Below, one piece after another: positions 8,014 through 16,595 of a DNA stretch of 35,830 nt; within the stretch, counting starts at the first letter, position 1; each line of letters opens with the position of its first letter. The DNA is from Deferrisomatales bacterium. Lineage in GTDB: Bacteria; Desulfobacterota; Deferrisomatia; Deferrisomatales; JACRMM01. The stretch lies in assembly GCA_033551855.1 (NCBI GenBank), contig JAWSUI010000038.1:1-35830 (forward strand), written 5' to 3'. The translations under genes and the position numbers were made by a program. Below the pieces are notes generated by a model. That model did no database searches. It worked only from the letters and a program-made list of their open reading frames with translations, and had not been told where the DNA came from.

Positions 8014-9159
8014 GTGCGCATCCTGAACCGCTACATCCTCACCGAGTGCCTTCCCACCCTGGGCCTCTCCCTGGTGGTGTTCACCTTCGTGCTGCTGATG
8101 CACCGGTTGATCAAGCTCTCGGACCTGGTCATCGCGAAGGGGGTGCCCCTGGGCCAGGTACTGGGCCTCCTGGCCTTGGCCCTGCCGGCTCTGGTTCCCC
8201 TTCTCCTCCCTGTGAGCCTGCTGCTGGCAGTGCTCCTGGCCATGGGGCGGCTGAGCGGCGACAGCGAGATCGTGGCCATGCGCGCCTGCGGGGTGGGCCT
8301 GCGGGAGAACCTCCTCCCGGTCATGGCGCTCTCCGTCGCCGTCTGCGCCGGAACCGGGGCGGTGAGCCTGTGGTTGCAGCCCGCGGCCGCCCGCAGCCTC
8401 CAGGCCGCCCTCTACGACGCGGTGCGGAACCGGATCTCCGTCACCACGGAGGCCGGGGTGTTCACCGAGATTGCCTCCGGAGTCACGGTCTACGCCGAAG
8501 GGATGGATGAGGAGACCGGGAGACTGGAGAACCTCTTCCTGCACCTGGAGCGCCCCCAGACGGAGGGCCTGTGGGTCCTGGCGCGGGTCGGGAGGCTTCG
8601 GGACGAGGGGGGGGCCCTGGGGCTGGAGCTCGAGGACGGTGAGATGCACCAGGGGTCGGGCCCCGACCGCCCCTACCACCGGCTGCGCTTCGACCGCTAC
8701 CGCCTGCGCATCCCCCTGCCCGGCGCCGCCTGGAGCCCCGACGAAGGGGAGGCCCCCACCGCAGAGCTGCTTGCCCTGGCCTACGGACCCGAGCCTTCCC
8801 GGAGGGCCCGCCTCGAGCTCCACCAGCGCCTCGCCCTGCCGGCTTCGTGCCTGGTCTTCGGTCTGCTGGGGGCGACCCTGGGGCTCCACCACTCCCGGGC
8901 CGGGCGGAGCCGGGGGGTGAGCCTGTGCCTGGGGGTGCTCCTGGTCTATTACGCCGTGTTCACGGCCGGGCGGACCCTGGGACGGGGCGGTGTCCTGCCG
9001 CCGGAGCTCGCCATGTGGCTCCCGAACCTGCTCCTCGGCACGCTGGCCGTCTACGCGTATCTGCGCAAGAGCCGGGAGGCCCCCCTGCCCCTGGAGGAAG
9101 CCGCGGGACGCTGGCTGGGAAACCTTCGTCGGGCGCTGGCGGGGGCGCACAACGGATGA
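8014..9159 (+). CDS. lptF: LPS export ABC transporter permease LptF
   Basis: ILNRYI, GRLSGDSEIVAMRACGVG, ELHQRLALP, AMWLPN. Paired with lptG. Confidence 0.88.
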   Translation: MRILNRYILTECLPTLGLSLVVFTFVLLMHRLIKLSDLVIAKGVPLGQVLGLLALALPALVPLLLPVSLLLAVLLAMGRLSGDSEIVAMRACGVGLRENLLPVMALSVAVCAGTGAVSLWLQPAAARSLQAALYDAVRNRISVTTEAGVFTEIASGVTVYAEGMDEETGRLENLFLHLERPQTEGLWVLARVGRLRDEGGALGLELEDGEMHQGSGPDRPYHRLRFDRYRLRIPLPGAAWSPDEGEAPTAELLALAYGPEPSRRARLELHQRLALPASCLVFGLLGATLGLHHSRAGRSRGVSLCLGVLLVYYAVFTAGRTLGRGGVLPPELAMWLPNLLLGTLAVYAYLRKSREAPLPLEEAAGRWLGNLRRALAGAHNG

Positions 9160-10238
9160 AGATCGTCGACCGCCACCTCTCCGGCGAGTTCTTCCGGCTG
9201 TTCCTCGCGGCCGGGCTGACCTTCACGGGGCTGTTCCTGCTCGTGGAGTTCTTCGAGAAGCTCCGCATGTTCCTCAAGTACGAGGCGGGCGCCACCGACG
9301 CCCTGCTCTTCCTGTTGGCCCGGGTCCCGTGGATGGTGTCCCAGGTGCTGCCCATGGCCACCCTCCTGGGCACCCTCCTGTCCGTGATGCTCCTGGCGGG
9401 TCAGGGCGAGATCACGGCCCTGCGCTGCGCCGGGGTCTCGCTCACCCGCCTGCTCCGTCCCTATCTGGTGTGCGGGCTGGTCGCCGCAGGCGCAAACGCC
9501 CTCATCCAGGAGGTGGGGGCACCCCAGGGCTTCGCCTTCGCGCGGGAGGTCCAGGAGGTGCGCATCAAGAAGCGCCCCCCCTCCTCCCTGCTGAAGAGCG
9601 AGGACCTGTGGGTGCGCTCGGGGACACGGATCATCCACGTGGGCTTGGTGGCCCCGGAGGACGGCCGTCTCGTGGGGGTGAGCGTGGCGGAGGTGCAGGG
9701 CAACCGGGTGTTGCGCCGCATCGATGCCGTGGAGGCCCATTGGGGCGCCGAGGGGTGGGTGCTCCGGGAGGCCGTGGTACGGGAGTTCCAACCGGACGGG
9801 ACCTTCTCCCGGGATGCGCTGGAATCGCTGCCGTACCCTCTCGAAGGCCGCCCGGAGGATTTCCTGATCGCCGACGTGGGCCCGGACGAGGCCAGCTGGG
9901 CACAGCTGCGGCGGCGCATCGACCGGTACCGGGCGCAGGGGATCGAGACCCGGGCGCTGGAGGTCGCGCTCTGGGCGAAGACCAGCCTTCCCCTGGTCAA
10001 CGTGGTCATGCCCCTGCTGGGCTTTCCCTTCGCCGTCCGTGCCGGCCGCAGAGGGGGCGCGGCCGCGGCCGTGGTGGCCTCCCTCTGCCTCGGTTTCGCC
10101 TACTGGCTCACGCTGGCCGTCGGCCTCGGCCTGGGGAGCGCGGGGTTCCTGCCCCCCCCACTGGCTGCCTGGGGGGGGAACCTCCTGTTCACGGTCTTGG
10201 GCGCCGCGCTCCTGTACCGCGCCGAGAGGGCCGTGTGA
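9156..10238 (+). CDS. lptG: LPS export ABC transporter permease LptG
   Basis: MKIVDRHL, GEITALRCAGVS, LPPPLAAW. ATGA overlap with lptF. Confidence 0.88.
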   Translation: MKIVDRHLSGEFFRLFLAAGLTFTGLFLLVEFFEKLRMFLKYEAGATDALLFLLARVPWMVSQVLPMATLLGTLLSVMLLAGQGEITALRCAGVSLTRLLRPYLVCGLVAAGANALIQEVGAPQGFAFAREVQEVRIKKRPPSSLLKSEDLWVRSGTRIIHVGLVAPEDGRLVGVSVAEVQGNRVLRRIDAVEAHWGAEGWVLREAVVREFQPDGTFSRDALESLPYPLEGRPEDFLIADVGPDEASWAQLRRRIDRYRAQGIETRALEVALWAKTSLPLVNVVMPLLGFPFAVRAGRRGGAAAAVVASLCLGFAYWLTLAVGLGLGSAGFLPPPLAAWGGNLLFTVLGAALLYRAERAV

Positions 10239-10266
10239 TCCCCACCGGAAGCGACCGGCCGGGCTC

Positions 10267-10920
10267 CTATCCTGAGGACCGGGCCTCCGGTGCACCCTGG
10301 GCCTTCCCCGCAAGGAGCCGGGCGGCCTGTTCCAGGTCCGCCGGCTGGTTCACGTTGAGGAAAGATCGGAGCTCCGGGTCGTGGCGCCGCAACTCGGGCT
10401 CCCGCACCTCCAAGGTGCGCACCTTCCCGTACACATCCAGGATCCGGAGGTTGCCCCGTGCGATCTCCTCCTCGAGGAAGGGGAGAACCGAAGGCCGATA
10501 CACGGCGCACAAAGGCTCGTAGCCCTCGGCCACCCGGGGCACCACCACGTCCCACCCCGGGCTGGCCTGCCACAGGTGGCGAAGGAGCGCGGGTTCCAGG
10601 AGCGGCATGTCGCAGGCGACGCACAGCACCGCTTCCTCTCCCGCCTGTTTCGCACCGGCCACAGCCGTCGCCACCCCCCCCAAGGCGCCGGCCCCCGGGT
10701 AGAGATCAGGCCAGGTGGGGACCGCCAGCCGGTCCAGGCGCGGGGCGCCGCCTACCACTACGATACGTGTGGAGAAGAGGGCCACCCGGGACCAGACCCG
10801 CTCGATGAGGGGGACCCCGCCCAGGGGGAGCGCGACCTTGTCGGCCCCCATCCGCCGGCTCTTTCCGCCTGCGAGGATGGCGGTCAGGGGAGAGCCGAGG
10901 AGCGGACGGGCCCCGCCCAT
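10267..10920 (-). CDS. mobA: Molybdenum cofactor guanylyltransferase
   Basis: ILAGGKSRRMGADK, GALGGV, VACDMP, EPLCAVY, FLNVNQPADL. Confidence 0.93.
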   Translation of the reverse strand: MGGARPLLGSPLTAILAGGKSRRMGADKVALPLGGVPLIERVWSRVALFSTRIVVVGGAPRLDRLAVPTWPDLYPGAGALGGVATAVAGAKQAGEEAVLCVACDMPLLEPALLRHLWQASPGWDVVVPRVAEGYEPLCAVYRPSVLPFLEEEIARGNLRILDVYGKVRTLEVREPELRRHDPELRSFLNVNQPADLEQAARLLAGKAQGAPEARSSG

Positions 10921-10926
10921 GACGGG

Positions 10927-11190
10927 TCAGCCTTCGGCGACGGGTTGCAGGCCGACACCCAGGACCTCGACCGCGAAATTGCGCACGCGGGCCGCCCCCA
11001 CCATCATCGCCAACGCCAGGACCTGCCGAATCTCGGCGTCGGAAGCCCCTTCCTGCTTCGCTCCCGCGAAGTGGCGCCGGCTTCAGTGGGCGCAGCCCCC
11101 GGCCGCGGCCGCGGCTAGGGCGCAGAGCTCCCGGGTCTTGGGGTCCAGGGCATCCTCGTACTCGAACTGGAGAAACTTCTCCCGCGTCAT
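10927..11190 (-). CDS. CMD/AhpD-like selenoprotein, 87 aa, CxxU motif (TGA 11083-11085 = Sec)
   Basis: GGAGG RBS before ATG 11190. Read-through gives MTREKFLQFEYEDALDPKTRELCALAAAAAGGCAH-U-SRRHFAGAKQEGASDAEIRQVLALAMMVGAARVRNFAVEVLGVGLQPVAEG*. The CMD-family pattern (LDPKTRELxALAxA..CxxC..H..A..GASxxEI) continues across the TGA. SECIS-like hairpin present and selA adjacent. Confidence 0.9.
11042..11085 (-). promoter_or_regulatory. Bacterial SECIS element
   Basis: mRNA reads UGA-AGCCGGCGCCA-CUUCGC-GGGA-GCGAAG-CAGGAAGG-GGCUUC. The 6-bp upper stem starts 11 nt after the UGA, the apical loop begins with G, and GAAGCC/GGCUUC forms a lower stem. Confidence 0.75.
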
Positions 11191-11301
11191 GTGCCGTCCT
11201 CCGGCCCCCGTGGAGCTCCGAGGGGTCCGCTGCTCGCCTGTCGCCGTTTCCCCTGCCGGTCTCCGGGGCCCCATCTGCCCGCAGCCGGCCTTCCCCCTTT
11301 T

Positions 11302-12711
11302 TCAGGCACCCGAGTCCCGATCGAAGGCCTCGCCGAGGGCAGCCGCCACCACCCGGTCCTCCCCGGGCGCCAGGGTCCGGGGGTCGAACAAAAGGGCGTC
11401 CTCCTGGATCCGCGCGATGACCGGGGGCCGGTGGCCGCGCAGCGCCCCCTCGAGCCGAGAGACCCCCTTCCCCCCCCGGGCAACCCGCACCAGCCAGGTA
11501 GGGAGGGCCTGGAGGGGCAGGGAACCTCCACCGACCTCGGAGGTACCCTCCACGACGCCGACCTGCGCCCGACCGCCGAGGGCCTCGCATATGGACGCCG
11601 CAAGCGTCTCGGCCCTGGCGCGCAATTCCCGGGGGTCGATCGCCAGCTGGGCGAGGGCGGGAACCCTCCTCAGGGCCTCCTGGGGGTCGCGGTACAGGGC
11701 GAGGGTCGCCTCCAGGGCCGCGAGGGTCACCTTGTCGGGCCGCAACGCCCGCATCAGCGGGTGGCGGGCACAGGCCTCGAGAGCCTCTTGGCGCCCCACC
11801 AGCAGGCCCGCCTGGGGGCCACCCAGGAGCTTGTCGCCGGAGAAGGTCACGACCTCGACCCCGGCCGCCACAACCTCGGGGACCGTGGGCTCGTGCTCCA
11901 AACCCAGGAGCCCCAGGTCGACCAGGGACCCGCTGCCCAGGTCCTCCACGACCGGGAGGCCGTGGCGGCGCCCGAGGGCCACCAGTTCCTCGGTGGAGAC
12001 CGCCGAGGTGAATCCCAGCACGCGATAGTTGGAGGTGTGGACCCGCAGCAGCAGCGCGGTCTCCGGCCCGATGGCCCGCTCGTAGTCACGCAGGTGCGTG
12101 CGGTTCGTGGTGCCCACCTCCCTCAGGACGCACCCGCCCTGAACGAGCACCTCGGGGATCCGGAACGAGCCCCCGATCTCCACCAGCTCCCCCCGGCTGA
12201 CCACCACTTCCCTCCCCCGGGCCAGGGCGGACAGGGCGAGGAGAACCGCCGCCGCGTTGTTGTTGACGGCGAGCGCGGCCTCGGCTCCCGTGAGATCCCG
12301 GAGCAGGCCCGCCACCAGGTCGTGGCGGTGCCCCCGGCGGCCCTCGGCCAGATCGTACTCCAGGTTGCAGTAGCCGGCTGCCCGGCCCATGGCCTCCCGG
12401 GCCTCCGCCGCCAGGGGAGCCCGGCCCAGGTTGGTGTGCAGGACCACCCCCGTCGCGTTGACCACCGGCACGAGCCGGGGGGCCAGGCGCTCCCTGGCCA
12501 GCTCGAGGCTCTCCCGGGCCACCGACTCGGGGTCGAGGGGCACCGGCTCCCCCGCGAGGACCCCGCGCCGGCGCCGGTCCAGGACCTCACGCACCGACGC
12601 GGCGAGGTACTCCCGGGGGACGGCCCCTCCCCGGCCGGCCTCCCGGAGCGCCGGCTCCTGGAGGACCCGCTCCACGGCCGGAATGTCGCGCAGGCGCTCC
12701 CTCCCGCTCAC
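11302..12711 (-). CDS. selA: L-seryl-tRNA(Sec) selenium transferase
   Basis: VVNATGVVLHTNLGRAPL, VNNNAAA, SRGELVEIGGSFRIP, EVGTTNRTH, FSGDKLLGGPQAG (PLP Lys). Confidence 0.97.
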   Translation of the reverse strand: MSGRERLRDIPAVERVLQEPALREAGRGGAVPREYLAASVREVLDRRRRGVLAGEPVPLDPESVARESLELARERLAPRLVPVVNATGVVLHTNLGRAPLAAEAREAMGRAAGYCNLEYDLAEGRRGHRHDLVAGLLRDLTGAEAALAVNNNAAAVLLALSALARGREVVVSRGELVEIGGSFRIPEVLVQGGCVLREVGTTNRTHLRDYERAIGPETALLLRVHTSNYRVLGFTSAVSTEELVALGRRHGLPVVEDLGSGSLVDLGLLGLEHEPTVPEVVAAGVEVVTFSGDKLLGGPQAGLLVGRQEALEACARHPLMRALRPDKVTLAALEATLALYRDPQEALRRVPALAQLAIDPRELRARAETLAASICEALGGRAQVGVVEGTSEVGGGSLPLQALPTWLVRVARGGKGVSRLEGALRGHRPPVIARIQEDALLFDPRTLAPGEDRVVAAALGEAFDRDSGA

Positions 12712-12718
12712 GAGCGCC

Positions 12719-13309
12719 TCACCGACGGCCCCCCACCCGGTTCTCGGTTCCCGCCAGGATCCGCTCGACGTTGGGCTGGTGCTTCCAGAGGAGGAGGCCG
12801 CCCACGGCCAGCGCCAGGGTCACCACCGCCAGGGGCTCCTGGAAAAAGGCGCACAGCAGAGGGAGGGCGGCAGCGGCGCTCATGCTCCCCAGGCTCACCA
12901 TGCGAGACCCCCAGACGACCGCCGCGAAGAGCACCGCCGCCCAGAAGAGCGCGCCGGGGGCCAGGGCCAGGAAGACGCCGAGCCCCGTGGCCACCCCCTT
13001 CCCCCCTTTGAATCCCAGGTACACGGGGAAGAGGTGTCCGAGGAACGCAGCCAACCCGACTGCCGCCACGGCCCATGGGGACGCAAAGACCCCGTAGGCC
13101 CAGGCGACGGGGAGAAACCCCTTGAGGGCATCCCCCGCCAGTGTGGCGGCCCCCGCGCCTCGGCCGAGGGTACGCCCTACGTTCGTCGCCCCGATGTTTC
13201 CGGACCCGGAGCGTCGGGGATCGTTCGCGCCCAGGAGGCGGGCGACGACGAGGCCGGTGGGCACGGAACCCAACAGATAGGCGAACGCAAGGAACAAAAG
13301 CCATTTCAT
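12719..13309 (-). CDS. plsY: Glycerol-3-phosphate acyltransferase
   Basis: AYLLGSVP, GSGNIGATNVGR, GHLFPVYLGFKGGKGVAT, KHQPNVERILAGTE. Confidence 0.95.
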   Translation of the reverse strand: MKWLLFLAFAYLLGSVPTGLVVARLLGANDPRRSGSGNIGATNVGRTLGRGAGAATLAGDALKGFLPVAWAYGVFASPWAVAAVGLAAFLGHLFPVYLGFKGGKGVATGLGVFLALAPGALFWAAVLFAAVVWGSRMVSLGSMSAAAALPLLCAFFQEPLAVVTLALAVGGLLLWKHQPNVERILAGTENRVGGRR

Positions 13310-13347
13310 GGGACACCCCTCGGCGCCGCCCCAGTGAAAACGCCGCC

Positions 13348-13376
13348 AAACTAGCACAGGGGGGTGAGGCGGACAA
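13348..13376 (-). promoter_or_regulatory. Candidate sigma70 promoter for plsY-selA-selenoprotein-mobA
   Basis: Minus strand TTGTCC-N17-TAGTTT with an extended TG. Confidence 0.45.
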
Positions 13377-13696
13377 GCGACGCCCCCGGAGTCCGCCGGC
13401 ACATCGTGGAGCGGCCTCAGGGCGCCCTTCTGCCCTGCCGCTGGGTCCGCGGTCTCTCGGGAGGGCACGCCCCGGTGGAGCCGGTGCCCCAAGCCCAGGC
13501 CCTACCCGCTCGCCGTCCTCGCCACTCTTCGGCGTTGCCGCCCGCAGCGACGCTCCATGGCTCCCGACCCCCGCCCCGAAGGGTGGCGGTGGCCTTCGGG
13601 GCCTGGAAGGCTGCCACTCGCAGGCAAGCGGGGAGACATTGACAGGCGAGCGTCCGGCGGTGAGACTCCTGGGCCGAAGGGGAGGGGAGGGTCGGC

Positions 13697-14392
13697 GTGA
13701 AGAAGGGCTCACGGTCCACAGCGCCCTTGGGGACCGGTGCGGCGGCACTCGTTCTGGCTTGGCTCCTCGCCTGCGCGCCGGCGGAGGGGCTCGAGCTCAC
13801 GGTGCAGGGGGCCAATCGCGCTTTCGAGGGGTTGGAACTCCAGGGGGAGCCCGCGGAGCGGGGGCCCTTCACGGTGCGCCTGTGGGCCCGGGATGCACGG
13901 CTGAGGCTCCTCTCCCACCGGTTGACCCTGCACCCCCTGGAGGACGGGTCACACCGGGCACATCTCGCGATCCGGGGCGCGGGGAGTGCAACCCTGTGGG
14001 CCTCGGTGAGTATCCTGGGCTGGAACACCCAGCAGTCGGGGGCGGCGACCGCGCCGGAGCAAGGCAAGGAGCTGACCGGCCGAATCCTGCTGACCCGGGA
14101 GGCGGACCGCTACCGGGTGACGCCCCTGGAGTTGCCGCGGGACGTGACCGTTCGGGTGGATACGGTCCTGGCGGAGCGGGTGGCGGGGTGGTGCGACGGG
14201 CTGCCGCTCCTGTCCGCCCTGGGGGCCGACTGCGGGGCCCTGCGGCGCGCGGTCACGACCGCAACGGTGCCCCTGCCCCCCCCGGGAGCGACGTACGACA
14301 TCCCTAGGGGGGACTTGTCCCCCGAGGAGCAACGGGCCCTCGACGACTACCTGGAGGCGGCGCAGCGCAGCGGCCCCGACCTCGACCGGTGA
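13697..14392 (+). CDS. Hypothetical exported protein
   Basis: GGAGG RBS, signal-peptide-like N-terminus (KK..LVLAWLLACAPAEG), upstream TTGACA-N17-GAGACT (13639-13667). No family recognised. Confidence 0.7.
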   Translation: MKKGSRSTAPLGTGAAALVLAWLLACAPAEGLELTVQGANRAFEGLELQGEPAERGPFTVRLWARDARLRLLSHRLTLHPLEDGSHRAHLAIRGAGSATLWASVSILGWNTQQSGAATAPEQGKELTGRILLTREADRYRVTPLELPRDVTVRVDTVLAERVAGWCDGLPLLSALGADCGALRRAVTTATVPLPPPGATYDIPRGDLSPEEQRALDDYLEAAQRSGPDLDR

Positions 14393-14461
14393 CACGCCGG
14401 GGGCAGGCACGGTGCGCTTCCCCGAGGGGACCGCCTCCCGACGCCCGGCCCCGGACGCCTC

Positions 14462-14944
14462 TCAGGCCTCTGCGGCCAACCCCTCCTCCCGGGCGCTGTC
14501 CCCCAGGTCGTGCCTCTTCCGACGCAGGTAGCTCACCGTGTCGTCCTCGGCCCGCTCCCCGGACGCCGCGGGCTCGGCCGCCTCGGTCGCGATCTTCCGG
14601 CAGGTGCCCTCCAAGACTCCCCCCTTGGCAATCGTCACCGACGCCGCCTGGACGTCGCCGTGGATTACGCCCGTCTCCCCCACGTCCAGCTGCCGGAGCG
14701 CCCGGACGTTGCCCCGGAGGGTGCCGTTGACCGAAACGTGCCCGGCCACCACGTCGGCTTCGAGGATTCCGGAGCGGCTGAGGATCACGGCTCCCTCGCT
14801 CTGGAGGGTTCCCCGGAAGGTGCCCTCGACGCAGACGCTGTTCTTCGTCGAGAGCAGCCCCTCGAAGACGGCCTCCGCGCCGATGACCGTGTCGATGGAT
14901 CGGTTTTCGCCCTTGCTGTCTGCCCGGGAACCGAAGATGGCCAT
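14462..14944 (-). CDS. Bactofilin (polymer-forming cytoskeletal protein)
   Basis: TVIGAEAVFEG..VEGTFRG..VNGTLRGNV..GVIHGDV..IAKGGVLEGTC beta-helix pattern. Follows an M23 gene. Confidence 0.9.
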   Translation of the reverse strand: MAIFGSRADSKGENRSIDTVIGAEAVFEGLLSTKNSVCVEGTFRGTLQSEGAVILSRSGILEADVVAGHVSVNGTLRGNVRALRQLDVGETGVIHGDVQAASVTIAKGGVLEGTCRKIATEAAEPAASGERAEDDTVSYLRRKRHDLGDSAREEGLAAEA

Positions 14945-14953
14945 GTTGTCTTC

Positions 14954-15898
14954 TCACAGTCTGAGGGTTTTGAAGGGACGATCCCAGATGTAGTCCTGAG
15001 GGTCGACATAGGCCCCATCGACCCGCACGCTGTAGTGCAGGTGGGTCCCGGTGCTTCGCCCGGTGTTTCCCATCCGCCCGATCACGTCGCCACGCTGGAC
15101 GCGGGCCCCCGCTTTGACCTTGGCGACGGCGAGGTGGCCGAAGACGGTCTGGACGGCCGGGCCGTGGCGGAGCCTCACGTAGATCCCGAGCCGACGGTCC
15201 TGCCCGACCTGAGCCACTTCCCCGTCCGCCGGCGCGACGATCGGGGCCTTCCAGGGACCGGCGATGTCCACGCCGTTGTGGAACTCCCTTCCGGTGCCGG
15301 TGATCGGGTTCCCCCTCCACCCGTACCTCGAGGACACCCACAGGCCGTCCGAGTCCACGGGCAGGATGAGGGGGATCCGGCGCGACTCGGCGCTCCGATC
15401 CTCCAGGTGCGCCACCACTTCCTCGAGGCCGCTCCGAAGGGTCCGGGATGTATCGGCGAAGGGACCCCCGAAGGGGTCTTCTCCCGGGAGCTCGCCGTCT
15501 ACCCCCCCAAACGGGCCCTCCTCGCCGTCGCCGGACCCCATGCCTCCTTGGTGGGATCTCCTCTCGTCGTAGCTCTGCTCGTTCAGCCCCAGGAAGCGGC
15601 GGATCCGCACCTCCAAGTCCCGGATCTCGAGGAGCTCCTCTTCCATCCGCTGCTTCTCCAGGAGGAGGGCCCGCCCCGCCTCCTCGCTCTCCTGGCGGCC
15701 TGCCTCCAGCCGATGCAGGGTGCCCTCCAGCCCACGGAGCTCGACGGAGGCCGTGCGCGCCCAGAGGAGGCTTCCCGCCGAGAGGGCGAGGAAGAGGAAG
15801 AACCCCCCGACCACACCTACCACCGCTGCCTTGGGCAGGGAGACCACGCGAGTGGAGGAGCCTCCTTTCCCCACCCACACGAGCGTCACTCGATCCAC
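14954..15898 (-). CDS. M23 family peptidoglycan metallopeptidase with TM and coiled coil
   Basis: HNGVDIA (HxxxD), STGTHLHY (HxH). AAGGAG RBS before GTG 15898. Confidence 0.92.
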   Translation of the reverse strand: MDRVTLVWVGKGGSSTRVVSLPKAAVVGVVGGFFLFLALSAGSLLWARTASVELRGLEGTLHRLEAGRQESEEAGRALLLEKQRMEEELLEIRDLEVRIRRFLGLNEQSYDERRSHQGGMGSGDGEEGPFGGVDGELPGEDPFGGPFADTSRTLRSGLEEVVAHLEDRSAESRRIPLILPVDSDGLWVSSRYGWRGNPITGTGREFHNGVDIAGPWKAPIVAPADGEVAQVGQDRRLGIYVRLRHGPAVQTVFGHLAVAKVKAGARVQRGDVIGRMGNTGRSTGTHLHYSVRVDGAYVDPQDYIWDRPFKTLRL

Positions 15899-15954
15899 CG
15901 GTTCTCCTTTCCGGGCTTTGCACACGCCCGTGGACGCGGGCGATCCTTCCCCAC

Positions 15955-15981
15955 CTATCGGCCGCGGGAGGAATGGCTTGA
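15955..15981 (-). promoter_or_regulatory. Candidate sigma28 (FliA) promoter
   Basis: TCAAGCCA-N11-GCCGATAG upstream of the M23-bactofilin genes. Confidence 0.6.
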
Positions 15982-16221
15982 GCCGCCCCTCGCAACAAAA
16001 GGGCGAGACGTTCCCGGCGGGGACGCAGGGATCACACCAGCGTGGGGGTGGCGGCCCGGAAGAGGAGAAGGGGCGCGCGTGAGCCGCCGGGGGCCGGGAG
16101 CGGTTGCCAAGAGACAAACCGGACCCCGGAACCGTACCGGAGGGGGTGCCTGGGGCTCGGGCGCGGCACGCCGCACAACGGCCGGGGGGCGTTGGCCGGT
16201 CTCAGGCGGAGGCCCAAGAAG

Positions 16222-16429
16222 GGCTCTTCCGGGGAATGACGGGTTGCCGGACTCGAGGGCGGCCGGGTGGGTCCGAGGACGCGGGCGGGCGGCCGCTCGA
16301 CGGGAGCAGCCGCTTCGGGAGTCGCGATGCCGCGAGGATTCCGGACGCGGCGGGGGAGAACACCTACCGTGCAGTCCGGCCTCGTCTGCCGGAGTGGGCG
16401 GGCCCACCCGGTCGTTTACCGGAAGAACC
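16222..16429 (+). mobile_element. MITE-like structured repeat, family A copy 1
   Basis: High similarity to 22351-22559. Imperfect 19-bp terminal IR GGCTCTTCCGGGGAATGAC/GTCGTTTACCGGAAGAACC. Confidence 0.75.
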
Positions 16430-16463
16430 AAAAAAGCCAAAGCCTGGGTCTAAGCTCCCAGGC
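16430..16463 (-). terminator. Possible intrinsic terminator downstream of clpA
   Basis: Minus strand GCCTGGG-agcttaga-CCCAGGC followed by TTTGGCTTTTTT. Confidence 0.45.
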
Positions 16464-16595
16464 CTCAGCAAGCAGCCCCCGGAGCGCGGAGCGCCCGTGG
16501 GTTCTGCACACCCCATAGATGCAGCGATGCCCTCGAAGGTTACGGGCCCCCTGACTGCGCCAAGCCCTCTCGGCAGGCTCGGTCGGGCGTGGGTC

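Noticed and set aside
11083..11274. 63-aa ORF ending at TGA 11083, or a nonsense pseudogene
   Set aside because: The RBS favours ATG 11190. The TGA at a CxxC position, the SECIS-like hairpin and adjacent selA favour Sec recoding.
13380..13620. Possible further repeat element in the plsY upstream spacer (hairpin GCCCCGAAGG/CCTTCGGGGC)
   Set aside because: Only short stems and weak similarity to other spacers, not distinguishable from GC-rich background by eye.
11191..13696. tRNA-Sec (selC) or selB near selA
   Set aside because: No UCA-anticodon arm, T-loop or SelB GTPase motifs were seen in the spacers by eye. tRNAscan-SE would be definitive.
16430..16595. c-di-GMP-I riboswitch or IS200/605-associated RNA suggested by CAAAGCC..GGGTCTAAG
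   Set aside because: The rest of the consensus is absent and there is no downstream gene on that strand. It is better explained as a minus-strand terminator.
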